Positions 22,739 through 34,600 of a DNA stretch of 64,000 bases are shown piece after piece. Where the stretch lies: the NCBI GenBank assembly GCA_001179505.1, contig CDMY01000688.1, positions 231,376 to 295,375 of the forward strand, in the 5' to 3' direction. Each line of letters starts with the position of its first letter. Within the stretch, counting starts at the first letter, position 1. A program made the position numbers and the translations under genes. Under the pieces are notes generated by a model, which was not told the origin of the DNA, made no database searches, and saw nothing but the letters and a program-made list of their open reading frames with translations. The stretch is from Vitrella brassicaformis CCMP3155. Its lineage: Eukaryota > Protista > Chromerida.

Positions 22739-24370
22739 TCACGGCGTGGCCTTAGCACGCCCCCTCCTGCCCGTGGCCCGGCCGCCCCTCTCGGTCGCCC
22801 CCACACTGGTACCGCGGCCACTGACGGTCGTGCCGGTCTTGCGCCTCTGCTTGCGCTCGGCGTTCTTGGTCACCTGGGTGTAAAAGAGGAAAATAAGCCG
22901 TATGTTTGTATGTATGGTGAGTATGTGTGTGTATGAAGCTGACCTGCGTGGCCGCGGGAGGCGGTGAGGGCGAGGTGATGGTTGTGCGGCAACGACGGAG
23001 CGGCCGGGAAACGGCGGCCGGAGCCAACCAGGTCTGCAGCAAACCCACCCATCCAGCAATCGATGGATGCATCGAGACTGAGTGCTTTCTTTCCCTGCCC
23101 ACACTTACTTACCTCTACTAGTCCCTCCAACACGCTGATCTGCTCCCCCTCCCCCTGCCGTGCAAACGCCGCCAACTGCGCTACAGACGGCCCCTCACAC
23201 AGGCCCGAGCGGCCGCCCCCCTGCTGCACCGGCATGTGGTGGTGGTCTTGGTGTTTGTCGTTCATGCGGTAGAGGTAGCACGTGTGTCGCTCGTTGGAGC
23301 CGTGCATTGACATGGGCAGCCGGGCGGCGAGGGTGCCGTCCAGACCGAACTCCTCAACCAGATCTGCAGGGGAGAGAAGACACACACACACGACACAGAG
23401 AGAGAATGAGAGCACCTGCTATGCTCATCCACCACCTACCACCGCGGAAGCAGCAGAAGGCGGTGAGAGTGCGCGTGACGTTGGCGATCTCCACGAAACT
23501 GACACATACAGAGCCGCAAAGCACATGTGAGCAAGAACGAGACCTCGATTGATTGGCATTTCCCTGTCTGTCTGTCTGTCTGTGTCCGCTCCCCTACCTA
23601 ATCATGACATCAGCAGGCATGCCCACATCGAATGTGTAGATGTGGGTGGCCGGCTCAAACGTGTCGAGCGCCGTGCAGTCGCCCTTCCCGAAGGCTATAC
23701 GAAGGGGAGGGGGATTGGCCTCTTCTCGTGACTGCACCGCACCATCCACACATGTGTGGACACACACACACATGGACGAACGCGCTGCCTGTGGTGATGC
23801 GGCTGATTGTGTGCGCACCTGCACGATGTTCTTGGCGAAGTGCAGCTGCTGTCGTAGCGATAGGTAGAACGAGGAGGCATCTATCTCCATGCCAACTGCA
23901 GCAACACACACAACGATGAATGCATTCACTCATGGATGGATGGATGGACGGTCTCTGCACTCTCACGTGAGATGATCTTGGGCCGCATCAGCGCCAGCAG
24001 AAGACTCGGCACGCCCCGGCCAGACCCTAGGTCAAGGAACACGGAATCCTGCAACCACAATTCACACGCCACGCGTGAGGCACATCGAATGCTTTCTCTG
24101 CCTGTGCTCACATACATCTTTCATCCCGAACTCGGTCTGCAGGGTGTCGTACAGCGCCGCCAGCGACGAACGCCTATTCTCGCCATACATGCCTGACATG
24201 ACACACCAACCAAACAGCCACACAGAGCCACAAAGCGTTCCACACGATGAGTGTGAGGCCCATTTTCCCGCGCCCCTTGCTGACTGACCATAGGTGGATG
24301 TGGCGAGGCGGGCGAGTTCTTTGCTGAAGAGGGAGGGGATCAACGACTGCAGAAACGCCGTGTCAGGCAT
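22739..24370 (-). CDS. Class I SAM-dependent methyltransferase, DOT1-like
   Basis: MYGENRRSSL, DSVFLDLGSGRGVP (motif I), VGMEID, AFGKGDCTALDTFEPATHIYTFDVGMP; basic C-terminal tail; multi-exon. Confidence 0.7.
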
Positions 24371-24500
24371 GTTTAGTGCCCGCTATCACCCAGGACGACA
24401 ACATTCACTCGCAGGCGTCTGGTCGCTTAATTCATCATCCTCCGAATGATGTGTTTCACGCCTCTGAACCCCAACGCGTAATAAATTTTCAGTGTCGTGA

Positions 24501-25181
24501 ATGGCGGCGCACAAGACGTTTCTTCTGGTCGCACTGACCATCCTCGTAGAACTCCTCGTCACCGCCAATGGCGCCCATGAGCAGAGTAAGTTCGTTTTGC
24601 GTGCGTCATGCGCTCATACGCGGTGTGTGTGGGGGGGCTGCACTGTTGCAATGCAGGGACGTCTGCCGAACTGTCCCTCGTGCAGCTGCAGGAGCAGCTT
24701 GACCGTTACCAGGAGGCCTTGACCTTCAAGTCCAACCGCACCACGGCGGCCGCCGACAACCTCGCCCTCCTGGCCCACAACGTCCTCCACCACGCTCAGC
24801 AATATTCCCGTAAGTGGCACTCAGCGCCCCTTGCATGCGCAGCATCCACGAATTCATCTTGTCATGGCTTTTCCCACTGCAAAAGGCGAAGTCGTGCGCG
24901 ATGCGACGCAGCCCGCCTACCCCGTCGACGAGTGCGCCCCCCCGAGTTTCTTCACTAAAGGCTTCCGCCTGGCAAAAAAAGCTGAGCTGGCCTCCAAGTA
25001 CTTCTGCTTCGTCCCGTCTGGCGAGGAGCACTGCCTGGTGTGGAACTGCGAGACCGGCTCCGATGGGCAGCCGCACTACGGCGACTTCCCTTACGACGCG
25101 CTGCCCAACCACTGCATCTTCTTCCCGACTGGGAACAAGAAGGAGGCGTGCAGGGTGGACAAGAAGTGCCCGGGGGAGTGA
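24501..25181 (+). CDS. Small secreted Cys-rich protein (3 exons)
   Basis: Signal peptide MAAHKTFLLVALTILVELLVTANG, helical exon SLVQLQEQLDRYQEAL, then a 6-Cys C-terminal domain ending CRVDKKCPGE*. Confidence 0.75.
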
Positions 25182-25904
25182 CAAGGAGGCAGAGACACTG
25201 GCGTGACGAGGAGGCAGAGACAGTGGCTGGCGTGACATGCGTGAGACAAACAGAACATTGTGTGCGCGGCCGGGATCGATCGGATCAGTCACAATGCATT
25301 CAACGCGTCCAATAGCACACAGAGTGACCCTTCGCATCTCATCGAGAGGGAAGGGCACACAGCAGAACAAAAACTCTCACACCCACACCCACACCCACAT
25401 ACCTATACATTGGGGGTCCCTCCCTCGTCAATCGACAAGCCCATCAGTACTCTGCACAGACTCACTGACACGCAGACACCCATTCGTCCATCCATATCCA
25501 AAACCGGCATGCGGCTCGTCTCCGCTGTGCTGTGCTGCCCCTTCCCAGTCGGCGTCATTCCTCTCTCTGTGCCCATCTGTGCCCTTTTCTCGCCCCCCAT
25601 CGGAACGGCTCTTGTCACACACAGTGGAAAGGCGGGACAAAGATCCCTTTTGATGGAGAACTTGAAGGAAAAGACGGGCATGAAGACGCACATCATCAGC
25701 GCAGCAACGAGAGCACCTGACTCTGATTCTTGCCTCCGGGTCTCCCTCCCCTGTCCTTCGATCATCTACAACGGAGCGGCGCTACGTGCCAACGATCTCA
25801 ACGGCAAGACCGCCAGCGCACAGCACGACACCCATGTGGAGAACCGAACAAGACAGAGAGGGAGACAGAGAGGGAGATCGACACCACGCAACGACGAAGG
25901 GCAT

Positions 25905-27283
25905 TCACCGGGGAGCTGCGCCACCTGTCCGCGGGAGGACGAACTTGTCCAAGAAAAAAGCGTGGAAACGGGCGTCCTCTGACAGATCTCACACACACGG
26001 ACACACACACACACACACACAGCGAGAGAGAGGAAGTGTGATGTGATTGATGCACGTCGGCGTTCTTGTGCAGTCAGTGTGTATGTGTGTAGCATACCCA
26101 CCCGTGAGCTCCGGATGAAAGATGGTGATGAAAAGATGACCCTGACTCGCAGCTGGACACCAACACAACGAGGGTGTGTAGAGCGAGCAATGACTGCGCA
26201 TCCATCACCTACCGGCAATGACGGGTTTGTCAGAGGTCGCTTTGGGCGATGACGGGTCTGCAGCAGCGGGGGGCAGATGGGCGATCACCTCCACCTGCAC
26301 ATGGACGGACATCCATGAGCCGTACTTTGACTCATGGGTGTGTGAGGGTGTTGGGTCATGCCTAGCCTAGCCTACATCGTCTGAGAGAGGCTGCAGGATG
26401 GCAGGCGCACGGATGCAGACAGCCTGCAGTGCACCAACCAGCCCAACACGTACATACCAACACACACACACAGCACAGCACAGCACAGCACAGACATCGT
26501 TCCTGTCCTGAACACCCTTCCTTAAGGGTGCCTGGCCTGCATCGTTCGGGTGACTCACATTGAATCCACTGGCAATGTCAGCGTATGCGCCACATCCAAC
26601 AAGGGGAGCCTCAAAGGAGTCCTTCTGCACACACACACACACGGACAGCCCATCCATCCATCCATCCATCCATCCACACATCGGGATGCCAGCTCACCTG
26701 CCTCCCGAAGAAGTTCCGCGACGTCCGAACGTCCACGCCGCCCAGGAACTCCCCATACTTGTCGCGCGCCGGCTCTCGCTCGCCATTCCGTGGCACGTCC
26801 TGCCCAGATATCACCTCGCTAGACAGCAGGATCGCCCCCGCACACGTGCCCCAGACGGGCTTCTTGTCGGCGTGGACGAACTGCTTCAGGGCCTCCATCA
26901 TGGCCCCGTTGTCGGCCTGCGCGATGATCCGCAGAGTCGTCGACTCACCGCCAGGGATCACCAGAGCGCTGCATGAGCTCAGCTCAGAGGGAGTGCGCAC
27001 CTGTGTTGTGTTCGGCCACCACCACACACACAAGCACAGCACAGACACCAACACACCCCGTAAGACAGAGACGACAGGACACTCATATGAGCATCTTGTG
27101 TGCAGATCACTGGATGCGCACCTGCACGACTCTGACGTTTGGCCTCTGCAGTCTGTCGAAGAGCTTCTGGTGCTCCTCGAAAGCGCCCTGGAGAGCCAAC
27201 ACGCCCAGCACGACTGCCGTCCGCGCAGGGGAGGCAGGAGGGCTCTCAGGACTGCACGCAGGGGACTCCGATGCCTCTACCAT
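25905..27283 (-). CDS. PDX2: Pyridoxal 5'-phosphate synthase glutaminase subunit
   Basis: VLGVLALQGAFEEH, LVIPGGESTT, VWGTCAGAILL, RNFFGRQ, IRAPAI, FHPELT(E)DARFHAFFL are all PdxT/SNO hallmark motifs. Confidence 0.95.
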
Positions 27284-27330
27284 CTTCTGAGCTCCACTTT
27301 ACTCGCGGGAAAGCAGCAGGGAAGTCGATC

Positions 27331-27351
27331 TGCGAGCTCAAGTGCGAGCTT
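27331..27351 (+). promoter_or_regulatory. Tandem TGCGAGCT x2 in the 126-bp PDX2/MFS divergent spacer
   Basis: TGCGAGCTCAAGTGCGAGCTT, about midway between the two ATGs. Confidence 0.55.
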
Positions 27352-27409
27352 AGCGAAGGAGGACAGCGAAAGCGAAGGCTGATCCACCCATCCTTCCTTT
27401 GCCGGAGCA

Positions 27410-29365
27410 ATGGCTTTGTGCGTCGGCGACGAGAAGGGGCGGACACAGCGAGGAGGGAAGAGCAGCATCGTGACGGACAGGAGGGGACGGGGAGGGGGAG
27501 GGGTCGGCTGCTGCCGCCGGTGTCGGTATGACGACCCTGAAGCCAACGGATGGCTGCTGTATGGGCTGACGAGGGGACCCTGGGTCATACACGCTGGCGC
27601 CATCCTCTCGCCTGTCATTCAGGTACACACACACGCACACACTCAGAGAGAGAGAGAGAGGCAGGGGTGGCGCACAGGACATGTGAGTGGTTGTTGTGTG
27701 TTCGTGTGTGTTCAGGTGATAGCTGAGGGTGCGGCAGACGAGAATGGTCGGCTGTTCTCCGGCAGTCTGAAAGCCACCTCGCTGCTGGCGGTGGTCAGTA
27801 CTGTGGGAGCATTGCTGTCCGCCATACAGGTACCCGCGATGACCGACCACTGCATTCAGTTTTGTGATGTGTCCATCCATCGTGGTTCTTTCGCGTGGGT
27901 GTCTGTCTGTCTGGCAGGGTCCCATCTTCGGTGCCTTCCTTGATTACACGCCCTACAGAAAACTGGCATGGCAGTGGTGCTCTTACATCTTCGGTACACA
28001 CACACACACACACACACACACAAGAAAAGGCCTGGTCCATCCATTGTCACCCCTGAGTCTGTGTTGCGTTGCTGTGTTGCCATTTATTTCCTGACTGGCA
28101 GGTGTGCTGCTGATGCTGACAGTGCTGCTCAGCGCCGAGACTTTGGCGCTGTATCTCGTTCTCGCGCCCATCACCTCAGTGGCCCTCGACATGAGCACCA
28201 CCCCGCACCTGGCCTATCTCCCTGAGATATTCCAGACACAGAAGGCCGTCACCAAGATCTCCGCTCAGCTGGTGCTCGTCACCAACGGCACGGCGCTGCT
28301 CTGGGCGGCCGTCTTTGTCGGCCTCACTCCAAGAATTGGACTCGGTGAGTGAGGGAGTCATGGGAGAAGAAAAGACCACACACACACACACACATGGGCA
28401 GAGGGGCTGGCCCTGTGTGTGTCGTGTGCAGAGGGGCTGTGGAACATGCGTGTGTCTGCGATTGGGTGTGGGCTGAGCGTCATACTGTGGAGCTACCTGT
28501 CGTTCAAACACATGGAGGGGCGGCCAGCTGTGCGGGCGCTGAAGCCTGACAAGGGGGAGTACCTATGGTCCATTGGCTTCATCCAGGTGGGCAATGGTGG
28601 TAGGGTGGGCAGTGGGGGGGAGCGGACAACACAGACACACGCATTATTTCCGTATTTCCGTGATTTATCGCTCAGACGTACCGGCGTCTGCTGACGGTGT
28701 GGAAGGACTACCCCATGGTGCTGCTGACTCTGTTTGCCTACTCTCTCTACTACGCCACCGTCATGACCTTCTTCCAGCTCACGGCAACCTTCCTCGTCTT
28801 TCAGCTCAATCTGTCAGCTGAAGAGGTCAGTCAGTCAGCCCCTTTCAATGACGTCTTTCCACTTGTTCATTCGCTTCGTTGGCTTTGTGCTCTCATCTTT
28901 GTTAACAGGTCGGTGCCATGGTGACTTTGGCAATGGTCGCGTCGCTCGCCGGAGCAGGCCTCGTCATCGCGCTCCGGAAGCTGGTGCCCCTCAAGGCCTG
29001 CCTCATGTCTATCCTCTTCTTCCTGGCCCTCCTGACCCTGGTCCCGCCGCTCTTCCTCAGCACATCCACAGACGGCGCCAAATTCGGCGGCCAAGTCGGC
29101 AGCCCATGGCCATACGTCTTTGCGATCGGGCTGGGGGTGCTCGTGGGCGGGATCTTCTCGACGTCACGCGCCTTCTTCGCCGTGATGACGCCTGGCGGCC
29201 ACGAGGCGGAGTTCTTCGGCCTGTACATCCTTGCGGGGCAGGTGCTGCAGTGGCTGCCGAGCCTGCTGTTCGTGGCGGTGAATGAGACCGACCCTGATGG
29301 GAAGGCCAGCACGGGATACTTCGTCTTGACGCCCTTTTTCATTATCAGTGAGGCAGGCGCCATTG

Positions 29366-29402
<37 letters not shown>

Positions 29403-30093
29403 TTTCGTCCCCAAGTGTGTTTGTCTGTGTGTGTCAGGTGTGATTCTGATCGGTTGCGTGAACATCCGCAGGGCCGACAGTGACGTGCGCGACACCCTCA
29501 GCGAGCGGAGATACGCGTCCTCCCGCACCAACACCCAGAACAACACACTCGCACACCCATCACTCAGGAGCAACGTCGACCCCCATCATCATGATGTCGA
29601 CAATGTGTGTGCTCAGCAACCAGGCCAAGGCAGCCAGGGCTGGATTGACCCTTCTCCTTGGCCCGCTCACCATTATGCCTTTCCCCCTCCCTCCCTCCCT
29701 CCCTCCGTGTGTGTGTATGTCTGTGCGCAGGTGATCCACCTGCCCGTCATCACCGAGGCCGACAAGCCACCTTCCCCGTCCAATAGGAGGCCGACCGTGG
29801 CATCCCTGTCAACGGCGGTCTTCTCAGAAGGCCCAGATCAAGACCCTGAGGCAGGAGAGGACAGCGACGACCGGCCCCCGACGGACCTCTCATCCCGGAG
29901 GACGGCAGCAGAAGCGTCGTGCCCGTCGTCCTCTTCGCCCAACGAGTCGCCATACAGCGGCCCGAGGGGCGAGGTGGACGTGGTGGCTCCGGGGGATGTT
30001 GCTGTTGGTGTGGGCGTTGAGGTTGATGTGGATGTGGATGTGGATGTCCTCGCGCAAGGGCATGTGAGGGGAGGGGGCGGAGGGAGTGTTTAG
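27410..30093 (+). CDS. MFS transporter, Atg22/UMF1-like
   Basis: About 12 hydrophobic helices across exons. YDDPEANGWLLY, GPIFGAFLDYTPYRK, AYLPEI and SRAFFAVMTPGGHEAEFFGLY match the Atg22/UMF1 pattern. Confidence 0.8.
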
Positions 30094-31646
30094 TTGCGTG
30101 TGTGTGGTGGTGGATGGGATGGGTCTTGTCAAGGATGGATGCCTCGGTCCAGTCGATGCTTTCAACCAAGGTTGGTCTGTCCATGGAGGGTTTGTGTTGG
30201 TTGGTTGCACGAAGTGCCTGCATTGCATGCCAACATGCACCATATCATTCCTGACGGTTGGCAGGGGCGGCCTTATTGCTGCGGTTGCTGCGGTCGGCAT
30301 TTGGTATTTCTCCTGTGGATGGATGTGGGTGAATGACTTTGACTGACTTTGCTCTCACACGTGAAAGAGAGAGAGAGAGGGAGGAGGGAGGGAGGGAGGG
30401 GAGGTGCATACACAGGTTCGTACTGCGGCAGCCGTGTGGATGGATGGATTGACGGTGATGCGAGCAACCGAGTGAGCTCGTGGGTCGAGACTGAGGTTGC
30501 ATTGCATTTTGTGGCCGACGGTCGGAGGGGCGATTTTGTCAGATCAGAGACAGGCGGACTGAGCGATAGGGAGTGCTGATTTCTCAGATGGATGGATGGA
30601 TGATGGCTCTACATACATTGCCCTGCTGAAGGGCAGGCAGAGTTTCACGTGTGGGTGTGGGTGAGTGTGGGTGTGGTCCTTGCTGTCCTGTGTGTGCATG
30701 TCAGTCCTGTGAACGGACGGGTGTCGTGTCGTGTCGTGTCGGGGCTCTTTCTCGTGTGTACGTGTACCATGTTGACTGACGCATAGCATATTCATACCGA
30801 TCGACCATTGAGTGGATTGCATGTGGGTGTTGTCAATGCATTGACTAAGTGTGGCGCTCACATGAAAGGCAGACAGACAGACAGACGGACAGACACACAG
30901 ACAGATAGATAAGAGCATTATGAAGACCCGCGAGTACCGTACCAGGGGGGAAAAATACGTTGGTGTCTCTCTTTTCTTTGTGCAGTGTCTCACTGCACTC
31001 GTGAGGCCCTCCCTCCCTCCCTCATAAGCCACTCATTACCCAGCCACAACCCCACGGACACACAAATGCCCGTACAAGTACACACCACAGCATCCATGGC
31101 TGGCTGGCAGCCACAAAAGCCGCCCAGCTCGCCTCGCCACGCCACAGTCACATCTCAACACACAGACATCTCAACACACAGCAACAAAACACGGGGATGC
31201 ATCGCGAGAGACAGACAGATAGACAGACAACCCCTCCCCCCGCTCCTCACCATTACAGCACTCCGACGTACCCTCTACGCTTCGACGTAGTCTGTACGTC
31301 TCGTCATCATCACACGACATGGACAGCTCACGCATGCACCGCACGTGTGTTATCTTACTATAAAGGCAGGCAGGCCACTATAAAGGCTCATGCAGACAGA
31401 CAGACAGACAGGAAACCTGCAAAAAGGCAGCTGCTGCGATCCGATGGGCCATCGATGCGATCCCATCTCCATCTCTGGGCTGACTGGCGGTGGGCCACAC
31501 ATACACAAAAGATGTAGGGTATGCCCCCTCCCTTGGCTGTTCTGCCCGAATTCTATCTACCACTCTTGACGACAGAACGCACAAATGCCTCCCACCTACC
31601 TAAGCTACCTACCTAAGTACGATCGACACGCCCGGCTCTCTCTAGT

Positions 31647-34600
31647 CTATGTGTCGGTGTCCTCCGAGAATCGCACCGACTTCTTGGACGCACAGGAGCC
31701 GGTGGTGCTCTGACGATCCACACCGCCCGCCATCGCCATCTCTCCCCTCTGCACAACAGCTTGGCCGGGGCCGGGGACGTGGTTGTGGTTGTGGTTGTGG
31801 GCGTCGTCACCCTCTGGGGACTGGTGGACGCTGCTGTGCTCTCTGGAAGCCATCTCCAGCAGCTCCTTGCTCACAGGGCCGAGCACCTCTGTCGGCTGTG
31901 TGCTGATGGTGCCGCCAGGGGTCCTGACTGCCTCGCCATCGGACTCCTTCTCCTTCCCATCCCCAGCAGCACCATCACCGTTGCCGTCCACGGTGCTGCC
32001 GGCGGTTGACGAGTGCAGCGGTGCCCGGGGTGCCCGCTTGAGGCATGGGCAGAAGGGTGCGAAGTAGGACTGGATGATCTCCAGCCGCTTGGACACGATG
32101 AGCATTGCCAGCCGCAGCCGCGACTTGGATCTCTTCGTCTTTTGCCGCTTGCGGATGAGGTCCTCCAAATCCAATTGCAAAATCTCAGACTGTCTGAGGA
32201 TTTCGGTGTGGACGCTGTCCTGACGCTGCAGCACCCGGGTGATGAGCCGCTGGTCGAGCAGCGCCACGTGCAGGTCCTCCACCGTCATGCCCAGCTGCAG
32301 GGCGTCCATCCTAGCGTCGCGCGCCAGCCCGTCAAATGCCTTACGAATCCCGATTATCAGCCGCACCTGCCACCACAACACACACAATGAATGCCCGTGT
32401 GAGTGTGTGTGCGGGTGTGTGGTATACCTTTTGTATGGCCCTTCTCCATCTGGCAATGGGGTGCATGTGTATGTCGTTGTCGTCGCCGTCGATTGTGTGT
32501 CGGTCGTGGTCACTGCTCTGAGAGGAGAAAGTCCGCAGCTTGGACGCTATCCGCCGCAACACGCCCATGCCGGCTGCACGAGCACAGAGCAGAGGAGTTA
32601 TATGTCCCTTTATGTCTCGAGTGGGGTGGATGTGGTGTACCGTTCCCGCCAGATCCGGCGGTGCCTTCATCATCGCCGCTGGTGCCTGCCCTGGGTGACG
32701 ACATCCGTCGGCCGATGTCGCTGGCCATCGACAGAGTGGTCTTCGTCTCGAAACGCCGCGACGCCCCAGCAGACCTGCAGCAGCGAAACAAACGACACAC
32801 GCGTGTGTACCACTCTGGAGGAGGAGAAGATGATGTCTCTGTGCAAAGGGCACTACCTGGCCGTCTGTGGTGGAGGTGTGACGTCTCCCTCTGAGCCCCC
32901 GGGCAGCACATGCCCCTCAGACACCGACCGCTCCACCTGCTCGGCCGGCAGCGTGGTGTCCTGCTCCTGCTGCTGCTGGTCTGCCGCGAGCACCTCATTC
33001 TCCTTCACACTGGCCAGAAAGGAGTGGCCCTTCGGCAGCAAGGCCGGCGGCTCGGTGGCGTTGACCACATCGGAGTCCGATGCGGAGCGGTCGAGCTGGT
33101 GAGGTGGGGTCGCGTCGGGCGACCGGCTCCTGGGGCTGGGGCTGCGAAATGCACCTACGGCATTCACCACCTTGCGAAGCCGCTTGGCTCCTGACACACA
33201 CGCACACACACACACAGAGAGAGATAGGGAAAGTGCCCCTTGTGTGTGTGTGTTGGATTGTCCCTGTCACCCACACACACACACCTGCGCCAGGCTGTGG
33301 CTGGTGCTCGTCTTCCGGCACGTCAAGTGTGGCTTGGGATTCGAACGTGCGGCTGATGCTGGGAGCGTTCTGCGATGGGGAGGTGGCGACCGAAGGACTT
33401 GACGAGAGGGCCTTGCTGCAGCCCGACAGACACGTAACAACGACACACACATCCCATGGTTGGCAATGATGTGCGTGAGATGGTGTGGTCACCTTGAAGT
33501 ATGGCTGAACGAGTTGTGCGACCCCGGAGCCAATTTCTGTATCCTTCGCCGCAGGTTGACCAGGTGCCGCAGCACCCGCACGCCCGGCGACTCCTGCTGC
33601 GTGCCCGACAGCAGCAGGTTCGGGTCGACCTGTCGGATCATCTCTCTCGCCTCCGCCAGTTTGTTCTGCAGCGCCTTTCGGCGGAACACCCGGACCAGCG
33701 TCTCGTGGACGAAGAACACGTCGAAGTAGGCCACGTGACGGTGCAGCTGCGGGATGATGGCCTCCTGCAGAGAGGGAGGAAGGAGACGAGAGAGAGAGAG
33801 ATGGAAGAGTGCGGTGTGTATATGTGTGTGTGTTTATGTGTGTGTGTCGTCGATCTCACGTTGAAGCACTCTCTGAGGAAGTTTCGCTCCGCCTCTGAGA
33901 GCTGCGATATGTCTAGCAGCTCGCCACCCTTACTGCACGCACAGAGGCACCACATGTGAGTAACACGTACGTGTGTGTGTGCGTGTGTGTGTGTGTACCC
34001 CGGTCTGAGGAGTATCCTGGCCTGGTCGAGCATTGTGAGGCGCCTGATGAGCTTCGGCACACGCCGCCGGGGACACGACCAGGCCTTCCGCCTTGGCCTG
34101 ACCAATGACGAATGCACGTGTGTTGTGTTGTCCGGATGGTTCTGTGCAAACAAACATGTGGCTGCCTGCACGACTCTCTCACATCTCGTTGTTGAGTTCC
34201 CTCTCTCTCTGCGCGTGGTATCTCTTCTCGGCCTTCTGGAAATAAGGCCGCAGAAACCACAGAGCCGCGCGAAAGACGAAGAACACCTGTGCACACAGAC
34301 AGAGACACAGACACATGTACGCCTTCATGTGTGTGAGTGCACCGCGCCCTACATGCAGGCAGACAACGAACACCACCACGGCGTACTCGGCGCCCGCCTC
34401 AGCCACCGCCCCGGTGTCCACGAGCTCCTCCTCCACCCTCAGGTTCTCCAGCACCGGGATACACAGGAGGGTCAGCAGGAAGGCCCACAGCGCCTGGGAC
34501 TCGAGATGGTCACATATCTTGAATGCACGGTTGTCATACGGCTGGAAGGCAGCTGCAGCGGACACACACACACACGGTCTGTCTTGGGGAGGGGTGGTGG

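Noticed and set aside
25403-25800. Separate minus-strand membrane-protein ORF downstream of PDX2
   Set aside because: One hydrophobic stretch, no start or splice model; more likely PDX2 3' UTR or an alternative tail.
30094-31646. 1.5-kb gap between convergent genes as a possible ncRNA locus
   Set aside because: Dominated by simple repeats; no recognisable tRNA, snRNA or snoRNA boxes.
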